Part shown: positions 30,673 to 37,830 of the stretch, in pieces
Layout of the letters: each line of letters begins with the position of its first letter
Numbering within the stretch: position 1 is the first letter of the stretch
Source of the DNA: Candidatus Omnitrophota bacterium
GTDB taxonomy: Bacteria; Omnitrophota; Gorgyraeia; Zapsychrales; Zapsychraceae
DNA: 64,000 nucleotides
Reading direction: 5' to 3'
Assembly: GCA_020632515.1 (NCBI GenBank)
Contig: JACKFK010000004.1
Span: 64,068 to 128,067, forward strand
Notes under the pieces: generated by a model
Databases searched by the model: none
What the model saw: only the letters and a program-made list of their open reading frames with translations
What the model was told of the DNA's origin: nothing
Program-made: the position numbers and the translations under genes

Positions 30673-31455
30673 ATGACAACAGATTTTTTAAAGAAAATTG
30701 TAGAACACAAAAAACAGATTGTGGTTGATCGGCGGCATATTTACGCGTCCATTCAAGAGAAACTTGGGCGGGAGAAGTATACAAATTATCATCTTTTTAA
30801 AATGATGATTTCAAAGCCGGGCAGGATCAATTTAATCGCGGAAATTAAAAAAGCTTCACCTTCAAAAGGAATTTTACGGGACAATTTTGATGTTTTAGAG
30901 ATTGCCCGCTGTTATAAGAATCATCAGGCCGCGGCGATTTCAGTTTTAGCTGAGGAAAAATATTTTTTGGGAAGTCCGACGTACGTGAAGAAGGTCAGTG
31001 ATGAAGTCGGTTTGCCGGTTTTGATGAAAGATTTTTTTATTGATGAAGGTCAATTGTTTGAAGCGCGCTATAATGGCGCCAGCGCGGTTTTATTGATTGC
31101 CGCGATTTTAGATGATGAACAATTGCGCAGTTTGAATCAGAAAGCCCAAGAATTAGATTTGGATTGTCTTGTTGAAGTTCATGATGAAACAGAATTGAAT
31201 CGTGCCTTAAATTGCGGAGCAGATATTATTGGGATTAATAACCGTAATTTGCGAACTTTTGAAATTGATTTACAAACATCGTGTCAGCTTATTCCAAAGA
31301 TTCCTAAGGGTAAGGTGATTGTCGCTGAAAGTGGCTTGCAGACAAACGAAGATATTAAGCAATTGCATGAAATGGGAGTTAATGCGGTTCTAATTGGCGA
31401 AACATTTATGCGGGCGCAAGATATCGGAAAAAAAATTGATGAGATTATGAGATAA
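30673..31455 (+). CDS. trpC: Indole-3-glycerol phosphate synthase
   Basis: IAEIKKASPSKG, LVEVHD, IGINNRNL and ESG motifs. Confidence 0.9.
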   Translation: MTTDFLKKIVEHKKQIVVDRRHIYASIQEKLGREKYTNYHLFKMMISKPGRINLIAEIKKASPSKGILRDNFDVLEIARCYKNHQAAAISVLAEEKYFLGSPTYVKKVSDEVGLPVLMKDFFIDEGQLFEARYNGASAVLLIAAILDDEQLRSLNQKAQELDLDCLVEVHDETELNRALNCGADIIGINNRNLRTFEIDLQTSCQLIPKIPKGKVIVAESGLQTNEDIKQLHEMGVNAVLIGETFMRAQDIGKKIDEIMR

Positions 31456-31546
31456 GTTGTTTGCTGCTGGTTTCTAGTAAAGTTTATGAAGGAATTTCAG
31501 TTATCTTAGCAACAGAGCAATGAGCAACTTGAAAGGATAGGATATT

Positions 31547-32176
31547 ATGTTTGAAACAAAAGTAAAAATGTGCGGAATTACAAATCATGAGGATGCGCAA
31601 AAGGCGCTATTTTATGGGGCTTGGGCTGTGGGGTTTGTTTTTTATAAAAAAAGTCCACGCTATGTTTCCCCGAGTAAAGCAAAGAAATTAATAGAAGGGT
31701 TGCCGCCGTTTATAACTCCTGTGGGGTTATTTGTCAACCAAAGTGAGAGAGCTGTTGAGGATATTTGCCGGTTTGCAAATATTTCTGTATTGCAATTTCA
31801 TGGTGATGAAACGCCAGTGTATTGTAAAAGGTTTAAGAAATATAAAGTTATTAAAGCCTTTCGTATTCGGGACGATTTTGATTTTCGTTCGCTTTCCAAA
31901 TATAAAGTGGATGCCTATCTTTTTGATGCCTATCAAGAAAACGCCTTTGGAGGGACTGGAAAAACGTTTCAGTGGAATCTGTTAAAGGGGCAAAAGTTTG
32001 AAAAGCCAGTGATTCTTTCCGGAGGATTGACCCCAGAAAATGTGGCTCAGGCGATTGCGGAAACTTCGCCTTATGCGGTTGATGTTTCGAGTGGAATTGA
32101 GCAGTCACCTGGCATTAAGAGTCCTAAACTGATCCGGGCCTTTATGGAATCTATAAGGGCTTCAGCTGCACAGTAA
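31547..32176 (+). CDS. trpF: Phosphoribosylanthranilate isomerase
   Basis: VKMCGIT, LQFHGDE, GGTGKTF.W and LSGGL motifs. Confidence 0.88.
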   Translation: MFETKVKMCGITNHEDAQKALFYGAWAVGFVFYKKSPRYVSPSKAKKLIEGLPPFITPVGLFVNQSERAVEDICRFANISVLQFHGDETPVYCKRFKKYKVIKAFRIRDDFDFRSLSKYKVDAYLFDAYQENAFGGTGKTFQWNLLKGQKFEKPVILSGGLTPENVAQAIAETSPYAVDVSSGIEQSPGIKSPKLIRAFMESIRASAAQ

Positions 32177-32290
32177 AATCTTGGCTTTTGAGTTTCTTAG
32201 TTAAGGTAATTAGGATTTAAATGTGATCATTTGCTTAATATTTTTTTTGCAACAAATGCTTAACCTGTTTAATTTTAATATATTATAGAT

Positions 32291-32318
32291 TTGCCAATTA
32301 AGTATATTGTGGTATGCT
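32291..32318 (+). promoter_or_regulatory. Sigma-70-type promoter with extended -10 (TTGCCA, 16 nt, TGg-TATGCT) driving the structured RNA
   Basis: -35 at 32291-96, TG at 32310-11 and -10 at 32313-18. The predicted start, near 32325, coincides with the first base of the 12-bp closing helix. Confidence 0.5.
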
Positions 32319-32324
32319 TGAAGT

Positions 32325-32554
32325 AAGCCGATAAAGGTAAACCCGGAGAAATCCGGGGACACAAAACTACAGGCCTAAATTGTCTACGACCGGGAAGGCT
32401 CTTATAAAGAGCAGATAAAGACGATATGTAAGGTCAAGGGGCGATATGGTGGCTGAGTTGCCGAAGACTGGGCGTTCTATAACGTTCAAGACGTATCTTT
32501 ATGAGGGATACGCAGGTAAGGAGGGAGAAATCCTCTCTTTATCGGCTTTTTTTT
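32325..32554 (+). ncRNA. Structured small RNA of unassigned class (~230 nt), with its 5' and 3' ends paired and ending in a U8 tract
   Basis: AAGCCGAUAAAG (32325-36) pairs perfectly with CUUUAUCGGCUU (32537-48), followed by T8. Internal hairpins lie at 32342-57 (GAAA loop), 32398-412, 32450-63, 32472-85 and 32492-512. It has its own promoter and lies in a 470-bp noncoding gap. Confidence 0.5.
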
Positions 32555-32647
32555 CTTAATACTCCACACAAATTTCTTCTAAGTGATCCTCACAAAAATT
32601 GAAATTCTCTAAGCGTCAGAAATAAATTCTGTTATAATGTTGACATT

Positions 32648-32947
32648 ATGTCTGAGCATTTTATCCGTTTCTATAAAAAATTAAATCTTAGTGAAATTAC
32701 ATCGCAATTATTGATTTATGGTGATTTATCGGGCCATTGCGCGCATTGTCAAGCCATGGACATTGGGTTGGACAAAGAAAAATGTCCGCAATGCGGTTGT
32801 GTATTTCATTTTATTGCATTTCGTAATCCAAAATCCCATTTTCCTAAAATGCATAAATTAATCGAAACGCGCAATCTTAAGATTATTGATTATGACGATT
32901 ATAAACACGCAACAGCAGCCTCGAAAGCGCAGGATTTTTTGAAGTAA
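32648..32947 (+). CDS. Small Zn-ribbon protein (CxxC ... CxxC), function unknown
   Basis: HCAHCQ and CPQCGC cysteine pairs. No SD; an extended -10 (TGtTATAAT, 32630-38) sits 10 nt upstream of the ATG. Confidence 0.55.
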   Translation: MSEHFIRFYKKLNLSEITSQLLIYGDLSGHCAHCQAMDIGLDKEKCPQCGCVFHFIAFRNPKSHFPKMHKLIETRNLKIIDYDDYKHATAASKAQDFLK

Positions 32948-32980
32948 TCAGTTAGTTATTGATAGAGATTTAAACAAATT

Positions 32981-34123
32981 ATGATTAAAAAAGACCGCCT
33001 TCTTAAACTCACTCAGAAAGTCATTTCTTACAATTCTGAAAATCCTCCGGGTAATGAACTCGCCTTAGCCAAATTTATCGAGAAGGATATGCGCACGTTA
33101 AAGTTGGATGTCAAGATTTATACTTACGCGAAAGATCGTCCTAACATTATTGCCACATTACGAGGAACGCTTCCGCGAAAACAGGCTGCAAAAGAAGCGA
33201 TTCTTTTAACACCGCACTTTGATACGGTTCCTATCGGTCAGGGATGGAAGTATAAACCGTTAGGCGGGCAAATCAGCGGTGGGAAATTATACGGTCGAGG
33301 TTCCACAGATGATAAAGGCAACTTAGCGAGTTGTATGGAAGTCATGCGCAGTCTAGTTGAAGATAAGGTGCGTCTGCGTAAAGATGTGGTTATGGCTGCG
33401 ACCGTGGATGAAGAAACGGGCAGTCATTACGGGATTATTCCATTGTTAGAGAAAAAAATCTTGAAGCCGCGTTTAGCGCTCGTTATGGATTCCACGGAGT
33501 TTGACGCGGTCATTGCGCAAAAAGGTTTGCTTCATGGCCGGATTCAGATTTTTGGTAAAAAGGCGCACGGCGCATATAATTGGCGTGGTGTTAATGCCAT
33601 TGAAAAAGCGGCTCCGGTTATTACGAATTTGATTAATTTGCAGTTTAAATACAAAAAACATCCTTTGCTGCATGGCCCGACGATGAATATTGGCGTGATT
33701 AAAGGTGGGGATAAGGTCAATATGGTTAGTGATTTTTGCGAGTTTGCTTTTGATCATCGGTTTATGCCAGGAATGAATCCGAATGAGATTCTTAAAAAGA
33801 TTAGATCTGCGGTGCGCAAAGTCACAACGAATTTTAAAATTAAGATTGATGATATCCAGATGCCTTATGAGATTAAGAAAGATCACCCTCATGTGAAATT
33901 GTTTTTAAATCTCGCCCGCACAATGAAATGTCCGGCTGTGGCTAAAGGCAGCGAAGGGGCCACGGTTATTACATTTTTTCAAAAACATAAAATTGCTGCT
34001 TTTGCCACTGGGTTTGGCGCTCATGGAACTGCACATACCAATGATGAATACATTTATGTCAAATCTCTTTATTCCGGGACAAAGTTTCTAGAACAATATA
34101 TTAAAGAATACGATCAATTGTAA
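32981..34123 (+). CDS. M20-family metallopeptidase (ArgE/DapE/ACY1 type deacylase)
   Basis: LLTPHFDTVP, GRGSTDDKG and DEETGS metal-ligand motifs, plus a dimerisation-domain insertion. Confidence 0.85.
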   Translation: MIKKDRLLKLTQKVISYNSENPPGNELALAKFIEKDMRTLKLDVKIYTYAKDRPNIIATLRGTLPRKQAAKEAILLTPHFDTVPIGQGWKYKPLGGQISGGKLYGRGSTDDKGNLASCMEVMRSLVEDKVRLRKDVVMAATVDEETGSHYGIIPLLEKKILKPRLALVMDSTEFDAVIAQKGLLHGRIQIFGKKAHGAYNWRGVNAIEKAAPVITNLINLQFKYKKHPLLHGPTMNIGVIKGGDKVNMVSDFCEFAFDHRFMPGMNPNEILKKIRSAVRKVTTNFKIKIDDIQMPYEIKKDHPHVKLFLNLARTMKCPAVAKGSEGATVITFFQKHKIAAFATGFGAHGTAHTNDEYIYVKSLYSGTKFLEQYIKEYDQL

Positions 34124-34180
34124 AAAAGATTGAGATGAATGATGAATTTTACGCAATGAAAAGCGTCGAATAAGATTTAT

Positions 34181-34540
34181 TTGCGTCTTTTCGTCGGGTA
34201 TGTCTTAATCGGTCTGACAATAGCTGTGCCCTATAAATTCTGCGGACATGCCGTTATCACGGATATGTACTATCAGAAATTCATTGACCCACTTAACAAT
34301 CTTCTTGGCGGACGGGCTGTGCATTCACTTGAGCATTATTTAAAAGTCGCGGATTTTAATATGATTAACGATTTATATTACTATTTATCTGACATTTATT
34401 TTCTTTGGAGCCATGAACTATTTAATGTTAGGCAGTCCTTTATCGCAGCGATAAATTGTGGGAAAGGATTAAGGGAGGGATTCTTTTTTTTCTGTTGGGT
34501 TTGTGCTCTATTTAATTTATTTGCGGTTATTTCAACTTGA
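34181..34540 (+). CDS. Hypothetical membrane protein; possibly the 5' portion of a gene split from 34503..35039 by a frameshift in a T8 run
   Basis: TTG start with no clear RBS. The reading frame changes at T8 (34484-34491). Confidence 0.3.
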   Translation: MRLFVGYVLIGLTIAVPYKFCGHAVITDMYYQKFIDPLNNLLGGRAVHSLEHYLKVADFNMINDLYYYLSDIYFLWSHELFNVRQSFIAAINCGKGLREGFFFFCWVCALFNLFAVIST

Positions 34541-35039
34541 GACTTATCATTACATTGTAGCATTTGAAGGAATTGTCGAGGATATTCAGGCTTGGATTTT
34601 TTATCTGACAGCGGTCGCGGCGGGAATTGTTTCGGTAAAATTATTTTTTACGAAGAAAACCATGTTTGCGTGGTTATATTCAGGCCTCGCGTTAGCTTTA
34701 TTTTTTGTGACAATGGAAGAAATCAGCTGGGGACAACGGTTCATTCCATATGATGCACCGGAAGTGATTTTAGATAAGAGTCTTCAAGGAGAGATGACGT
34801 TTCATAATCTTGATTCTGTTTTTTGGATGCTTAATTTTGTGCATATCACGGTTGGATTACTTGGTGTTTTTTTGATTTATCTGATCCTTAAGAATATTAA
34901 AATGCGGTTTCCAGATTTTATAAATTTGTTTATTCCTGGACGGCCGTTATTCTTTTATTTTATATTTCATTTTATTGTCTATTTTTGCAGTATGACAGAA
35001 ATAAAATTAGAGTTATTCTATGATTTTCGGGAAGAATAG
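34503..35039 (+). CDS. Hypothetical multi-pass membrane protein (EEISWGQR motif)
   Basis: Four to five hydrophobic segments. The GTG start lies 23 nt from the nearest SD-like sequence, so a fusion with the upstream ORF is plausible. Confidence 0.45.
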   Translation: MLYLIYLRLFQLETYHYIVAFEGIVEDIQAWIFYLTAVAAGIVSVKLFFTKKTMFAWLYSGLALALFFVTMEEISWGQRFIPYDAPEVILDKSLQGEMTFHNLDSVFWMLNFVHITVGLLGVFLIYLILKNIKMRFPDFINLFIPGRPLFFYFIFHFIVYFCSMTEIKLELFYDFREE

Positions 35040-35129
35040 AAAATTTTGGAATTATTTGTGGCCTTGGGTATTTTTTGGTTGATGATGTGGAATTTCTACC
35101 GAGAAAATATCAGAAAAGTGATTTAGAAA

Positions 35130-35160
35130 GGCCCGTCACTCTATTATTCAGCGACGGGCC
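35130..35160 (-). terminator. Hairpin terminator downstream of the histone-fold gene (possibly bidirectional)
   Basis: GGCCCGTC (35130-37) pairs with GACGGGCC (35153-60), an 8-bp GC-rich stem. A short T-run follows on the minus strand. Confidence 0.5.
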
Positions 35161-35167
35161 AGATATT

Positions 35168-35377
35168 TTAGGCAAGAATGTCATAAGGACGAATCGTCTT
35201 GCGTCCGTTTGCCGCGCACTTCTTTTGCGCTTGATCAACTAACCAATAAACATATTCGTTTAACGCGTCTAAAGTATCTGAAGAAACATTAAATGTTTCT
35301 TTTCCGCTTCCTTTAAGCGCTTCTTTTGTTTTTGAACCAACTAACAACATTTCTTTTGATTCTTTTTTCTTAGCCAT
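35168..35377 (-). CDS. Bacterial histone-fold protein (singlet histone, Bd0055/HBb- or DUF1931-like), 69 aa
   Basis: MAKKKESKEMLLVGSKTKEALK...NVSSDTLDALNEYVYWLVDQAQKKCAANGRKTIRPYDI follows a helix-loop-helix-loop-helix pattern ending in the GRKT.xxxDI signature. The ATG at 35377 has a GAAAGG RBS; the longer ORF reaching 35410 is less likely. Confidence 0.7.
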   Translation of the reverse strand: MAKKKESKEMLLVGSKTKEALKGSGKETFNVSSDTLDALNEYVYWLVDQAQKKCAANGRKTIRPYDILA

Positions 35378-35538
35378 ACTGTGCCTTTCTTTTGGATGCT
35401 TCCTCATCATCGAGGGGTTGGTATTAAGAAATCAATATTCAAATTCTATGAATTTTTTAATATTAGTCAAGAAAATTTAAAATTCGCTTATAATCTTTAT
35501 TCTTGATCCTTTAGAGAGAAAGGCATAATATAAAAATC

Positions 35539-35955
35539 ATGAAAATTAAAATCACGCAAAATTTTGTATTTCTGTTTTTTGTATTTAATATGGTGTTTAT
35601 TTCGTCCTTGGTCCGTGCTGATACAGTATCTGCAATTTCTGATATTGAAATCCAATTAGAAAAAGATGTTTTTAAGATTGGGGAGAAATTAGAAGGAAAG
35701 TTAAATGTCTTTAGTCATCGTCCGGCAGCTATTCCGGTTGTTTTAAAAATTAAAATTGTACACGATGATGAGCAAGTTTTTGATAGTATGCTGGCAGTAA
35801 AAATATTTCCCGGAAGTAATTATTATTCGCTTGAATTATTTAATCTTCCACCTTTATTTGTCGATGCTAACGCAGTTGGTTCCTGGGAGATATTTGCCGG
35901 AGGCCAAAGTTCTGATGGGTACCAAGCATTTAAGGAGTTCTCAGTTAAGAAGTAG
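35539..35955 (+). CDS. Hypothetical secreted protein
   Basis: Signal peptide (..SLVRA|D), predicted beta-rich; no family recognised. Confidence 0.5.
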   Translation: MKIKITQNFVFLFFVFNMVFISSLVRADTVSAISDIEIQLEKDVFKIGEKLEGKLNVFSHRPAAIPVVLKIKIVHDDEQVFDSMLAVKIFPGSNYYSLELFNLPPLFVDANAVGSWEIFAGGQSSDGYQAFKEFSVKK

Positions 35956-35956
35956 T

Positions 35957-37240
35957 TTAACCGTTCCAAAAAACAGATTTGAAAGGTTTAGGGATAAGAG
36001 TGGGCAGATTGAGTTGATTCAACCATGTGATAACCTGCGGTAAATCTTCCGGAATATAAACTTCGGTTTCAATCAATCCTTTGCATTTCGCATATTTAAT
36101 ATTCTGATATAAATCATCTGGGCTCTGGCAGGTTTCTTTATTAAGAAAAACTGCTTGTTTCGGTGCTTTCTCGTCAGGATAAAATAAAAATGGATTGTCG
36201 CTAAGAAATGTCCTTAAGGCTAAAGTATCTTTTAACGGGATAAGGCGAAAATATTCTTTTGGAAGTTTTTGCGGACGCGGTATGATTTCTGCTAATAAGC
36301 GCATTTTAAAACGGGTGAGCCCTTCACGGAAAAAGGGAGGCGTTCCTCCAAGGTTGACATTATGAAACCCCTTCTTTTTAAGTTCTACAATGGGGAAATA
36401 ATACAAAGAACCTAAAACTCCCTGTTTAAGATATTTGGAGTCGCCATCTTTAATCCCTACAACTCTTAATTGAGCATTCTGGCCGTCATATTCGATCATA
36501 CCTCCTCCGAGATTGGTGCCATTATTTTTTACCAGGAAAAAATCTGATCGATGAAAAATATCTTTGAGTTGCAAGTCTCCAATAAAGACGGCAGCTTGAT
36601 TATGACGGTTTAAGATAAAAGGCTTGTGCATGGTTTCATAAAATTGTTGAAATTGATTCCAACAGCGGCAAAATTCATGATGAAGGTGGTTTTTTCGGAT
36701 AAGTCGGGCTATATCGCTAAAGCCACTTTTACTTCTTCGATGTAATTCCGACATGGGCGGGGTGATATCAATACTCATGTACATCCAAAAGGGAATAGTG
36801 AAGCCGGGTAATGATTTAAAAAAAGAATGGCTGAATGTGTTTAATTCAAGATTCAGTAAAGCGCATTGAGGGTATTGTTTGGTTACAGTTTGGGGAATCT
36901 GCCAATAAAAATGTTGACCAATCGGTTTTTGGGAGTATCCCGACCGGAAAATCTTTTTTAGCCAATAAGCCCGGCGGGGCGTTTCGTGTCCAGCATAAGC
37001 GAAACAAAAGTCAAGGTCATTTCCAGCAAGTTGACCTTCATAGATTGTTACAGGTAAATAGATTTTTTTGGTAGTTTTAACCGAATGTAAAAATAATGGG
37101 ATTTTGTTGGATTTTCGCCAGGAAAGTGGAAGTTTGTGATGAAGATAGGCTAAGGAACGCTTCGTATTATTTGAAAGACTCATGATTTCTGTAAAAAAGC
37201 CTTTAATCTTTTTTAGTTTGTATAGATAAATCCTCAACAA
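35957..37240 (-). CDS. Hypothetical protein with a FemAB/CelD-like GNAT acyltransferase-type C-terminal half (tentative)
   Basis: The region LGGGMIEYDG..LRVVGIKDG...KQGVLGSLYYFPI..KKKGF..VNLGG resembles the GNAT (Acetyltransf_6-like) core. The start is uncertain (TTG at 37240 or ATG at 37183). Confidence 0.45.
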   Translation of the reverse strand: MLRIYLYKLKKIKGFFTEIMSLSNNTKRSLAYLHHKLPLSWRKSNKIPLFLHSVKTTKKIYLPVTIYEGQLAGNDLDFCFAYAGHETPRRAYWLKKIFRSGYSQKPIGQHFYWQIPQTVTKQYPQCALLNLELNTFSHSFFKSLPGFTIPFWMYMSIDITPPMSELHRRSKSGFSDIARLIRKNHLHHEFCRCWNQFQQFYETMHKPFILNRHNQAAVFIGDLQLKDIFHRSDFFLVKNNGTNLGGGMIEYDGQNAQLRVVGIKDGDSKYLKQGVLGSLYYFPIVELKKKGFHNVNLGGTPPFFREGLTRFKMRLLAEIIPRPQKLPKEYFRLIPLKDTLALRTFLSDNPFLFYPDEKAPKQAVFLNKETCQSPDDLYQNIKYAKCKGLIETEVYIPEDLPQVITWLNQLNLPTLIPKPFKSVFWNG

Positions 37241-37422
37241 TAAATTAACTATGAACGATATGATACCACAAGATTTATATTTAGAAGTTTTTTTCTTAGG
37301 ATCACTGAAAAAGTTAAGCGCGGCATTTTTGGGAGAAAAGTATAAATGGACACCACGTCAAAAAATTGATAATATATATCCCTTACCAAGATTAACATTA
37401 AAATTTAAAAAGGGGCTAAGAT

Positions 37423-37824
37423 ATGAAGTTAAGTCAGCAAATAAGCTTTTTTTCTTTCATAATTTTAATAACTTTAACGATGTCGGGCTGTTCCGTGCGC
37501 ATGGCTGCCTCTGGTAAGCCAAAGCCATTATTAAATCAGGTTCGGACAGGGCAAACGCGCAGTCAAGTGATCCAGATGCTGGGAGAGCCGCAAACAGTTA
37601 ATTATGATGGCGGCATTCGAGAAGATATTTTTTATCTGCAAAGAGGATATCCAGCCTGGCGCTATACGAGGGCTGTTCTATATACTTTTCTGGATGCGGG
37701 TACAATCGGTTTATGGGAGTTAATTGGAACCCCATTGGAAGAATTTATTCAAAGTAAGAATGTGGTCACTATTGAATATGATCTTAACGATGAAGTTCAA
37801 AGTGTGACGACATATCGAGAATAA
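37423..37824 (+). CDS. Lipoprotein, function unknown
   Basis: Signal peptide with lipobox LTMSGC; RBS AAGGGG. Confidence 0.6.
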   Translation: MKLSQQISFFSFIILITLTMSGCSVRMAASGKPKPLLNQVRTGQTRSQVIQMLGEPQTVNYDGGIREDIFYLQRGYPAWRYTRAVLYTFLDAGTIGLWELIGTPLEEFIQSKNVVTIEYDLNDEVQSVTTYRE

Positions 37825-37830
37825 GAGCAA

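Noticed and set aside
32325-32554. Calling the structured RNA a cobalamin riboswitch
   Set aside because: It shows several core-like strings but no GCCACUG. The B12-box-like segment cannot pair with the 5' end as it does in known structures. The element is also closed by its own 5'/3' helix and terminator rather than leading into a B12-related gene. It is left unassigned pending a covariance-model search.
32446-32559. 37-codon ORF (MVAELPKTGRS...) inside the structured RNA, including an LPKTG string
   Set aside because: The LPxTG-like string is N-terminal with no signal peptide or C-terminal anchor, so it is not a sortase substrate. The ORF spans several hairpins and the terminator. I consider an RNA function more likely, but I cannot exclude a small protein.
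37251-37517. 88-aa ORF overlapping the start of the lipoprotein gene
   Set aside because: It overlaps 37423..37824, which has a good RBS and a signal peptide with lipobox. The 88-aa ORF has no RBS or recognisable features.
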